Below are positions 1-10,900 of a stretch of DNA of 64,000 nt, one piece after another. The stretch spans positions 2,914,001-2,978,000 of the forward strand of contig NC_088860.1 in the NCBI RefSeq assembly GCF_963853765.1, read 5' to 3'. Numbering within the stretch: the stretch's first letter is position 1; each line of letters opens with the position of its first letter. The position numbers and the translations under genes are program-made. The notes beneath the pieces are model-generated. The model had not been told where the DNA came from. It was given only the letters and a program-made list of their open reading frames with translations, and ran no database searches. The DNA comes from Magallana gigas (Eukaryota).

Positions 1-829
1 TTGCAGTTTATATAAAGTAATAGAGATAACTTGCAAATGGAAAAATAGATGTTTACTTTGAGGCAGGATAGGGTGATGTAGTCTAAACATATCCACAACA
101 ATCCAGTCCTTTGAATTAACAGCAGCATATCTGTTTAACATGTGCATGTATAGAATTCTCTAATACTCTTTTCTGTTGACACCAATATCCAAATAAAAAT
201 TAAAAATCGTTTCTTTTATAAAAAAAAAATTAATTTAAAAAAAACTATGCAAAAAAATACAAGACATTAGACTAAGCTTTTTAAATTCAAAACAAAAAAA
301 ATACATATGACTTTTTGGAAAGTGTCTGTCATCCGCCATGTATAACTGTCTTACAAAATACCGGTACACCCCAATCAATAAATTAATATCATCAATATCA
401 AATGACATATCAAATTTATTACTTTAATCTCTATTCCTGCTGAGTAGTGTTGATTTTTCCTTTGTACCTTGAACACGGAGATAACACCACTTTTCACCCC
501 TGGTTAATGTATGCTATTTAGGATAACCTGATATATGAGTCTGCATTAGGAAATCATATATTTTGTAAAATTTCTATCTTCAAAGGACAACTAAACGGTG
601 AGTTCCATTACTAAAAGAACATACACTTCTACCTATAGTTCATCTTTTTTACTTTGCGAAGGAAAATTTTAAGGTACTGAGTTGGTAAATCAAATCAAAC
701 AAGTTTTACGTATTAGGCGCTGTGTGTACTAATTTTGTAACATTCTTTTTTCTAGATACTGATTTTCATTTCACGACAATCCTTAATATCCGCTTTCTCA
801 ACAAGGCTAAGGACCTAGTATTTTTCACA

Positions 830-2848
830 ATGTCAGTTTTAGCGAAAGAATTGGGTGATGATTTTCTATGTTGCGTTTTATGTCAGGAATTACTTAAAGT
901 TCCAAGACTTTTGCCCTGCCTACATTCCATTTGTAGTTCATGTGCAAGTTTCAGGCTAGATAAAAGTGATAAGTTCATTAGCTGCCCGATATGTGAAGAC
1001 ATGGTGACCATTTCAAATTTTGAAAATATATATCCAAATCCCTGGTTAAAGAATATCATAAGTGTTATCAATATAACTCAAAACTCTGAAGGAAAATTCT
1101 GTTCCTTTTGTGAGTTGAAAGGTGGATATCAAGAAGCTGTTGCTACATGCCTGACATGCTTTGACCTTTTATGCAAAACGTGCTGGGAAAGTCGACACAC
1201 ATTTACAACTTTGACAAAAGATCATCATGTGGTCTCTATTGAAGAAGCGCAAAGTGGATGTTATGATTCGGAGATGAGATCAAATCAAACTATATGTTGT
1301 TCCGTCCACAAGAAGGAGTATTACAAATTCTTTTGCAAGACCTGTGATGTCCCAATATGTCGAGATTGCACAGTTTTACAACACAGATCACACGACCACA
1401 TTTCACCAAAAGACGCCCTAAAATATTCTGAACTGTGTTTACAGAAAGAAATAGACCGCGTTGAAAAGGGTATTATTCAACTGAAGATACAACAATCTGA
1501 ACTTGATAAACAATCAAAAGATTCTGAAAACTGTGAAGAAAATTTGAGAATTCAAATTGAGACAACCTGTAACAGCATGATAAATAAAATCAATGCTCAG
1601 AGGAGATCGTTGGAAAGAAGTTTGACTCAGTCGCTTAAAAACCCTAAGGAAAAAACTAAATTAAAAACCGAACTGGCGAAAAACAAAATAAGACTACTCG
1701 AAAGGACCACATCGTTTTGTAAATTCTTGCTTAAATATGGAACAGACTTTGAAATACTGAGTCTGCAAAGTTTAGTTATGAGAAGGGTTAAACATACTTC
1801 AGTTAAACTTGATCAGTGTCCATCTTCAGAAAACAGAGTAACAATGCCAAGGTTATCTACAAGTTGGAAGGAACCGGATTTTAAATTGATTTTTGAAAAT
1901 GGACTTAATGCAGTGGAAAACGACACATTACCAATGGAAACAAAAAGCGTACAGACAGACGAAGAAGAAAAGAACAAAACTGTAATGGGTATATCTCAAA
2001 GTGATGTTGGTATACAGTGCAACATCATAGAGCGCGATATACTAAAGGGGGATAAAGCCGTACAAACTTGCCGGTATAGCGATATGATTATACAATGTTC
2101 TTTGCTAGCAACTCGTTGCTTTGTTAACTTACAAACTCCAAAAATCAGTTGTTTATCATGGATGACTAATGAATCTTTTATTGCTGTTGACCAGTGCAAT
2201 AGCAATGTAAATTTGTGCTTTTTGGCGTTTTCTGGAAATGGTATGGTATTGGAAAACTGTATTAACTCAACAGTAACTAGCTGGTGTATAGCAATAAGAA
2301 CAGGGTCTTCAGAAATAATTGTTTTGGACCACAATTGGAGCAAAAAGAATTGTGTATCTAATGTATCTGTCTTATTCGCTACTCCGCCACTTTCGAATCT
2401 CCTTGCCTGTACTACAAATTACGCCATTTCGGTCTTTTCGCATGGTATGACACTTTTAAAAAGGCTGGAGTTTACTGATACAAAAGGAAATCCCTTAGTT
2501 TTAAAAGATCCACGATTTGGTTGTATCTTTTCCTCTGGTAAATTTGCAGTGTCAGACTTCGACAATGACTTTGTTTTCATATTTGACGAAAACGCCCGAT
2601 TGTTCCGCAAGGAATTTTGTTTTCCCGGTCCAATAGCCATTGACAAAGATGACCTGATCTACATTGCTGATTTTTACGAACATCGTGTCATTGTGACAAA
2701 TTTTGAAGGATCCCTCAGGAACACAATTAATTTGTTACCTCATGTGTCTCATCCAAGAAGCATCTCCATCAGTTCTGACTACAAACTTGCTGTTGCTTTT
2801 AGAAACAGCGTTGCCCTATTCCAACTAAGAATAGAAAACGTTTCATAA
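830..2848 (+). CDS. Intronless TRIM-family E3 ligase (RING, two B-boxes, coiled coil, C-terminal NHL-like beta-propeller)
   Basis: The ORF track starts at GTG 722, but the first ATG is at 830 (MSVLAKELG). RING: CCVLC..PCLHSIC..C..CPIC. B-box1: CSFC..CLTC..LC..C..H. B-box2: CSVH..FCKTC..IC..C..H. These are followed by a heptad-rich region and a C-terminal propeller-like region (GKFAVSDF, PGPIAIDKDDLIYIADF, HPRSISIS). Confidence 0.88.
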   Translation: MSVLAKELGDDFLCCVLCQELLKVPRLLPCLHSICSSCASFRLDKSDKFISCPICEDMVTISNFENIYPNPWLKNIISVINITQNSEGKFCSFCELKGGYQEAVATCLTCFDLLCKTCWESRHTFTTLTKDHHVVSIEEAQSGCYDSEMRSNQTICCSVHKKEYYKFFCKTCDVPICRDCTVLQHRSHDHISPKDALKYSELCLQKEIDRVEKGIIQLKIQQSELDKQSKDSENCEENLRIQIETTCNSMINKINAQRRSLERSLTQSLKNPKEKTKLKTELAKNKIRLLERTTSFCKFLLKYGTDFEILSLQSLVMRRVKHTSVKLDQCPSSENRVTMPRLSTSWKEPDFKLIFENGLNAVENDTLPMETKSVQTDEEEKNKTVMGISQSDVGIQCNIIERDILKGDKAVQTCRYSDMIIQCSLLATRCFVNLQTPKISCLSWMTNESFIAVDQCNSNVNLCFLAFSGNGMVLENCINSTVTSWCIAIRTGSSEIIVLDHNWSKKNCVSNVSVLFATPPLSNLLACTTNYAISVFSHGMTLLKRLEFTDTKGNPLVLKDPRFGCIFSSGKFAVSDFDNDFVFIFDENARLFRKEFCFPGPIAIDKDDLIYIADFYEHRVIVTNFEGSLRNTINLLPHVSHPRSISISSDYKLAVAFRNSVALFQLRIENVS

Positions 2849-3294
2849 ATACATTGTAAAAATTGATTATTTCATATCATAATTGTACAAAAATGAAACT
2901 TATAATCATAGAATTAACAATATAAGATATTATGTCACTTAATAGTTTAAATACGTATATAAAAAAATGAGGATGCTACATAATATAAATTAATCTAATT
3001 TCAAATTGTGTTTTATATGTATTTTAATGCATGTTTTGTAATTGAAAACTGATTTAGTACCTACTAGAGGAAAATCAAACTGAGAGTTAATGTTCCCTTT
3101 AAGTCAATAAGATTGATTGTAACTGAACTACCCGCGAATTTGCTTTATCTATATGCAATGTTTTAACTGTCCTGGTACAATCACGTCATTTCATAATAAT
3201 AGGTGTAAATAAATTTATATCACTCCATGAAATTATTTATGTTAAGGGGCATTTTTAACTAGGTCTTGAATATTTTATTTCAAGCGTTTTCGCT

Positions 3295-3447
3295 TACTGT
3301 AAATCGTATTACATTTGGCGTGCATTATATTTGGTGGAAAAAAGTTGATGAATTTATGCATTTATCGATGTACTTAATTTAGCGGAAACCGCATTACGCC
3401 AAAAACGTCAAATACAATACACAGCCAAATTTAATACGTTAACAGTA
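3295..3447. mobile_element. Short MITE with TACTGTA..TACAGTA-type ends (TA-flanked, Tc1/mariner-like non-autonomous)
   Basis: The left end tactgtaaatcgtattacatttggc and right end gccaaatttaatacgttaacagta are imperfect inverted repeats about 150 bp apart. Confidence 0.6.
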
Positions 3448-4699
3448 TTTCAATCCTCTGAAAATGAATTTCTTGACTCCTTTCAAGTTTAAGTTCTTTA
3501 GAATGATAAATTGTAATTAAGAGGGTTGTGTGGTTATCAAATTAATCATTAAATATGTCTTTTAATGCGATTTTTAGCTATTAACATTTGTGTAGCATAA
3601 AACATGTCTTTGCAGAGATCCTCTTTTCAAAAAGAATAATGTATTTTAGAACTATCCACGACTCACACATCTCAATACAAAAACATATCTCTTGTTTCAG
3701 GGAAAAAACCTTTGACTTAAGGTTTTGTGTTAATTATCAGAGCCTTTAGAAGCATGCAAAATACAACTGTGTACATTCTTTTCATAACCTTTATTAGAAA
3801 TTTTACACAAAACGTTTTTACATAAGCTAGTCTTTCCGGGCATTCAGGGCAGCTAACAGGATATCTGGTATAAAACATGATTGTAATTTTTTCCAAATTT
3901 CTCTATTGTTCAAACAATTTTAAGAATAAACTTTGAATATATGTGTAACGAATATTGGTCAAATTTTCACCTACATTGTATTTTTTAAAGTGCGTGCCAT
4001 TTTATTTCGATGTTTTTTTTTGTCCATTCACTATCAATGGTAATGTAAATTTTGAAAATGCTTTAGACTTTTCAATTAGATTGACAATATATGTTAAAGA
4101 CGTTTTCCATTATTATATTTAATCTCTTTGTAGGTCAAAGTGTTTTTGAATTATCTCAACAACAAAGTATGATTATATTATGTTAAAACCCAAGCGTTTT
4201 GTCTCAATGCTCATTTAATAACGTCACTTATAGAATATTTATGGTCAGTTTTCTATATCTATGGTCAGTAGTTCTATATGTTTGGTCCATATCTCTATAT
4301 TTTTAACATTAAATGTTTATTTTTTAATATCGTCGATCCTATAACACCCCTGCGAGTGTGTTCGGAATGTTTTCTTTATCGTTGCTAAGTATTTTATATG
4401 TCTCTTAAATGTTGAATGTTAAATTGTTATAATGAAGGGAGAATTTTCCATAAAAGGCAGTCAATGTGACCGGATGTTGATTTCAAAAAGAGAAACAGTT
4501 AGATACCGTGGTCATCTCTACTACTACGCGTTTCTTTGAAAACAAGATATTTTTGCAAGATGTTTGCTCACGCATCCGAATTTTACATTCTATTTTGGGG
4601 GGTTTTTCATATAGAAGGCTAAAATTTAATACAAATTTTCATCAGTATTCCATGGCGGCTTATGGAAATATAGAACTAATATCAGATGCCCTCTCAAAC

Positions 4700-5050
4700 T
4701 TACCTGTCACCAATGATTCGTAAGTTATTATTATCTCAAACACACCTGTCACCAATGATCCGTAAGTTATTATTATCTCAAACACACCTGTCATCAATAA
4801 TCGTTAGTTATTATCTCAAATACACATGTCACCATTATCCGTAAGTTATTATTATCTCAAACACACGTCACCAATGATTCGTAAGTTATTATTATCTCAA
4901 ACACACCTGTCATCAATGATTCGTAAGTTATTATTATCTCAAACACACCTGTCACCAATGATTCGTAAGTTATTATTATCTCAAACACACCTGTCACCAA
5001 TGATTCGTAAGTTATTATTATCTCAAACACACCTGTCGTCAATGATTTCA
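4700..5050. repeat. 42-bp tandem minisatellite, about 8 copies
   Basis: The unit cacacctgtcaccaatgattcgtaagttattattatctcaaa repeats head to tail. It explains the 14-aa periodic ORFs 4826..5098 and 4857..5066. Confidence 0.92.
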
Positions 5051-5409
5051 AGAAATAATATTTCAAACAAATATATAACCAATGCGTATTTTTTGTAAGT
5101 TATTTCTCCTTATAACCATTGTGTCGTACGTTATGTCAGTCGTTCCAATGAGTTGTAAGTTATTAATCCCTCTTATCAATGAAACGTAGGTTTATAATCA
5201 TTATGAGTTGTAGGTTATAAATCCTTCTTACCAATGAGTCCTAAGTTATTAAACCTTTTCTCCAATGACTCATGTTATTTACTTGAATCTTAAGCACTCC
5301 TTACTAGTTATAATCAATCAATCAATCAATCATATCTCAATAATCATAAAAGGTTAATCAATAGAACATACAGCTGTGTGCGATTCAGATTCTTATACTT
5401 TTGTCAATA

Positions 5410-5457
5410 TAATGATGATGATGATGATGATGATGATGGTGGTGATGGTGGTGATGA
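5410..5457. repeat. (GAT/GGT)n microsatellite
   Basis: aatgatgatgatgatgatgatgatggtggtgatggtggtgatgat. Confidence 0.85.
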
Positions 5458-6955
5458 TTTTTTAGCTTGTAATTACAGATATTTTACTCTGTATGAGTTA
5501 CCAAACCTTAAGGGTCCAAACGTGACATCTCTTCGTGTTATCTTTGCCCTGAACTCCGCTGTATCACCAAAGTTTGATTCGAACACGTTTTTAACGTTAC
5601 CTCCTTTGATTTTGAAATACTCGTTGATTTTGTGAGGTGTAAAATTCAGACTTATCTGTGAATAATCATGAGGTACATTTTGTAAAGAGACTTGTTCAGG
5701 CTCATTGGTAGAACTGGTTAAAAGAACACTCGCCCAACAAGGGGTCACGGACGTAACCTGCGAGGTCAACCCAAGGTCAGTTTTAGAATTAACAATTCTT
5801 TGACTAAAAAAGTTACATTGAATTCGTGTTTTTTGTGTTTTGCCATCGTTTTCTGTAAAATGTTATTCCTAATAAAATTTTATTAGTATTCTAGTATTTG
5901 ATTCATTCTTGTAATAGCCATTATTAAGCTTTTGTTGTAGAAAAGAATTTCAAGTGAACTGATTTAGCCAAATAATTTGATTACAGAGAAAAAGGAATCG
6001 GTTGGAATTTTTATATTGCACGTGTATTATAAAATTGTACTTTACTGCATCAAAGGCGGTGTGATCATAATCAATATAAGTGTCTTTTATTGGCGTGAAA
6101 ACTTTTCACTTTTTCAATATCTTGTTATTCATTTTCTAAAGCGTGTCCGAATTGTTTGCCAGTATGTTGAAAACCGTTGAAAATACCGAAGACTTTTGTT
6201 TTAAGCTTAACTTGGGGATCTAATACGCTTTAAGTAGTTTACCATGTTGAATTTAAAAGAAAATAATTTTCCGCTGTTGATTTTACTATGTTGTTATTCC
6301 ACTGACAGGTAGCAACATCATTGGGGGAGTGCACATTGTCGACCGCTTTTGTTTTTTTTATCGGCAATTGGTTCTTAAACTCAGAGAAAAATAAGATTTC
6401 CTTATCCAATGTTCCCTCTTATTATTTGTTGATGTATCATCGGGGTATATCAAAATCCCGTTGGAAAAAAAATCAAATTATGTTACTTAAGAGTATGCTT
6501 TAGTGGGAGACTTTTGGAATGATTAGATTTTTAGGGTAGGTCTCTCTAAACTCTGATATAATAATATGTTACGTACAAGTCTGTAGAAAAAACGTGTTGT
6601 TGATTGAATTTCATGAGAGACATAAACAACATTTATGTTATGTATTTTATTTTATGTCTCTGATTTCAATGATAATCATTTCTATACAAATATATTATTC
6701 CGGAACTAATATTTCCTAATTAAGGAGGTTTTAACGTTTATCAAAATCTTCCTCATTCAAGTGTTTATTACTATGTTGTTTTAGAATCGGGAACGTGAGA
6801 CATGGAATGACAATGGAGCTGACGCAAGTCGGGAAAGTGAAAGAGGTGTTTATTTAGAAAAAGTATCAGAAATGTGATTTTTCTTTACTTAAACTAAAGC
6901 AATTATGAGGAGGTAATAATTCATCTGTAACACTAAAATTGGTCGCTTAGTTAAG

Positions 6956-7826
6956 ATGGATTCTCCATCTGAAAAAGAGAATTTGAAATCAAGTGTCTCC
7001 GATGAAAAAGAGGATAAGTCTGAAAATGATCTACTAGCTTCAAAGGAGGGACATAAATTATCAAACAGTAAACATTCGTCGGATAGTGAATACGAATCGG
7101 CAGAAGAAGATCAAAACATCGTAGATGACGAGGGAGAGGAGATCGAAGAGATCCTTACAGAGGAGGTCAAAAAGGTTGGAATTATAGTCTGTCCCAAGAT
7201 ATTATTGTCGCACATTTTCTTAAATTATTCTATATTCAAAAATAACTCTAAGTTCAAACGATGTTCATTCAATAGTATGAAAAATTCCCAAGATTTCTCC
7301 TTTGATTTTCTCCTGGGTTAACGCCCCCTCTAGCTTGTCAGGTTCAATGCATTGCGGTTAAAAATAAATAGTCTACGGGTATTTTCCATTACCAAAGAGA
7401 TGAAGGTAACGTAGATAAAAGTGTGAGTTTATTCCGAGTGACTTCCGAATGGAGAAAAGATGTAAACATTCCCCATTATAAATCTCGGTAAGAAATCGGT
7501 TTTTGTTCTTGACGTGAATTTTTCTGAGTGAAAAACGGTAATGTGTCAATGAAGATATCTTGAAAGTTTTCCCTTTCATCATTTCAAATGCACTTCTCTT
7601 GCGGGTATAGCAGCAATAATATCTTTGGACATACTAGAGAATGCATGTTGTAACAATACAGAGTTCCACAACACCTCCAGGGTCCTTTGAGTTCCGTCTT
7701 TATCAGCCCTTTGATTGTATTTTTGTGTATCATCATGATCATATACCTACAGGTTTGCATAGTCAATTATTAATTACCTTAGATTGGAATTATATTATTA
7801 CTTATAAGGTTAGTTACTGACTCACT

Positions 7827-7863
<37 letters not shown>

Positions 7864-7870
7864 GAGGCGA

Positions 7871-7904
<34 letters not shown>

Positions 7905-10900
7905 AGTGAGTCAGTAACTAACCTAATAAGTGTTTTGTTTTCTCGAGGACAATTAAGCGACATATTTATTCACAAATAGCGATGATTAAGGCACAGCCAT
8001 ATACAAGATGCCTAACATCTCGTCCAATTTAACTCATTTAAACTCTTCAAAATTTTCAATCTCACCTTTCAAATACTCTTTAAAAATCTTTGCTTCACCC
8101 ATGTTTACCTACAATGTTTTGTTGCTATTCAATTTTAAATGTTTTCTCCCTTTTCTCTGCAGAGATTTGAGCAAATTTCGATGCTGCCATTTTGTTCTGC
8201 TCCAGACAAAACAATGTGACGTCAATATTCTAAGGGCAACTACTCTAATTTTAAAGAATTTCAAAGGGCAACTACTCCAAATACTTTAAGAACTTACGGC
8301 ATGCGGTTTATGTATTAAATACTATGAAATGTCGAAATGAGTAAGCGAAGCGTTGACCAATGACGGCCATATTGCCTAATATTAATTCTCACAGAACAAA
8401 TATAGAGATATATGAGGCAATCTCGTGCTATGTTTAAACCAATGAAAATGTGACATTTCAGTCCAAGGGAAAACAAATAGGATTATATCCTGAGTACCCA
8501 AACTCTGTCACCATAAGCAGAAAACATCCCGCTTTTCTGTGGGTTTTTTTTTTTTTTTTTAGTGGTTTGTGACAGTTGCAATCACTAGATATAACCTGAA
8601 AATTATAATTCATTAAATTATCAGCAAAAATAATTTTAATTTGATTAAAAATAAGCCCACCGAATATGACGTTTACCACACATGCTTATCATAACCTATG
8701 AACCTAACTCCATCACCCACGTCATGCTTTATGATATGCCAGGAAATGAAGACACTTTGACAATTTAGTTTAAACTCAATTTGTTAAAGTTGTGATACTG
8801 CAATTTATGATAAGTAAAAATGATGCATACAATTTAAATGGTATATAATTTCATCGAAATGAAAAGATTGCCAAAATAAAAAATGAGTCCCTGTACCAAC
8901 AAACACAAAGACCTTTTCAGAATGTGTGGGTGTCATTTGGACTGAAAAAAATGTATTAATACATGTACCCTAAATCAAAAATGTATTACATGTGAAATGT
9001 TTAATCTTGACCTCTTTAAAAATGATTGATCAATGTTAATGATTGAATGGGCCCACTTGTCAGAGATATCGATGTTTTAGTGCTCCTGTGAAAAATTGTC
9101 AGCCGATTTAACGCAATTAATGGTGTATAGAATGAACAAGGTGTAATCTAAATATTTTTAACACGTTCTTGAATTAAATTGTTGCAAGTTGTTGACATTT
9201 GATTAAAGATATTTGAGATGCAAAATAATGACGTCATAACTGAGCTAATTTTCAAATGGCTAGGAGTTTCCCGAAAATGGCGGTGTTAAGGAAGTGAAGG
9301 AGTTAATGGGCTATGCGATGCATGTAAAACACTGAATAAAAAGTGAAAATCTTATAAATAAAATATGCCATGGTTTTGTTATTATATTCCCACAAGGGAA
9401 GTTATCTTACAGTATCCCAGAAATGTCCTCTTTATATTTTTTATATGAAATAACAACATCCAGTTAAGTTACAAAGTGAGCTTTTGTGTGGATTGGAGAC
9501 AGGAAACTTCTGTATGTCATGTTGATAATTTTGTTTGTCTTGGTTGATCAAATTTTGTTGTACATTGTCCTCTGTTATGTCAACAAGAACTTGGTAATTA
9601 ATGGATTGAAATAGTATGCTAAAATTATAAGGGGGTAGTCTCTGTAGTCTCTGTATTTTTCCATCAATAATGATAGGGAATCAATGAACAGTAGACTAGT
9701 TCTGAGAACATGTCACAAGTGAAGACTTCTCACAGGGAACCTCAGAAGAGCTGACCACTAGTATACCTAGTTTATCCTAAAATAGCTTACAGAACTGTCA
9801 GAATGTGACTATGTCTCAGGTACTCCGATGTTACAACAATTTCTGTAACTTCACAGGGCTCACAATAGATAAATGTAATATTTGTACAATTTAGGATATG
9901 TATGTCCATGGCGGACAAATGGGATGAAATGGGAGGCTCATACTTCTTACTGCAAGTTTATCTCCTTGTTTGGTTTTTTAAGGAAAGAAGAAGCGAAGCA
10001 CAAGTACAGAAGGAGGAAGGGAATGATTTCTTCAAGAAGCAAGAATACGAATCGGCCATTAAGTCATACAGCCGTGCCCTCAAATTATGTCCAAAAGATT
10101 TTGTCAAGGACAGGGCCATTCTATTCTCTAACAGGGCAGCATGTCGGATGAAAAAGGTTAGCACAGATGAAAATCATAGATGTACTTTTGATATTTATTC
10201 ATTCATTTAGAATACTGTTTACAAGGCTATTTTGTCCCAGGGGGTTTTTTCCCACCCTTCTTCACTTGCAATCAGTTTCACTTTGTGTTGAATTAGCCCA
10301 AACACAGTTGTGTTAAAAGAGAGGTAATTGAGACTTTTTAATTCGTCCAGTCTTATACTGGCCTGTTGACAATTGAAGTGAAAGGGGAAAAAATAAGATG
10401 AGGGAAAATATTTCCCTTTGTACAGTATTTGTTCTGCATATTTTGAACACACATATTTTTCAATTAGAGTGAGAATGAGGAAGCCATCTTAGACAGTAAC
10501 AAAGCCTTGGAGCTTCACCCTCAATATCTGAAAGCGTTGCTGCGGCGGGCGGAGCTATATGAGAAGGTGGACAAACTGGAGGAGGCGCTAGCGGACTACC
10601 AGAAGGTGGTGGAGATGGACCCCTCACAACACCCAGCCCGGGCAGCATGTTTGGTAAGTCACAACACCCAGCCTGGGCAGCAAGTCTGGAAATTCACAAC
10701 ACCCAACCCTGGCAGCATGTCTGGTAAGTAACCATACCCAGCCCAGGCAGTATGTCTGGTAAGTCACAACACCCAGCCTGTGCAGCATGTCTGGTAAGTA
10801 CAAGGGGGAATCTCCAACTGCTGTAACAATCAACTGGTTGGGTATACACATGGTTTCATCACAACACCCAGCCTGTGCAGCATGTCTGGTAAGTACAAGG

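Noticed and set aside
722-829. N-terminal 36 codons of the 708-aa ORF
   Set aside because: They start at GTG and look like AT-rich UTR or intron sequence. The first ATG (830) sits just before the RING, as is typical for TRIMs.
4700-5050. Regular 42-bp repeats resembling a CRISPR array, and the ORFs 4826..5098 and 4857..5066
   Set aside because: The units are contiguous with no unique spacers, there are no cas genes, and the context is eukaryotic. The ORFs are by-products of a unit length divisible by 3.
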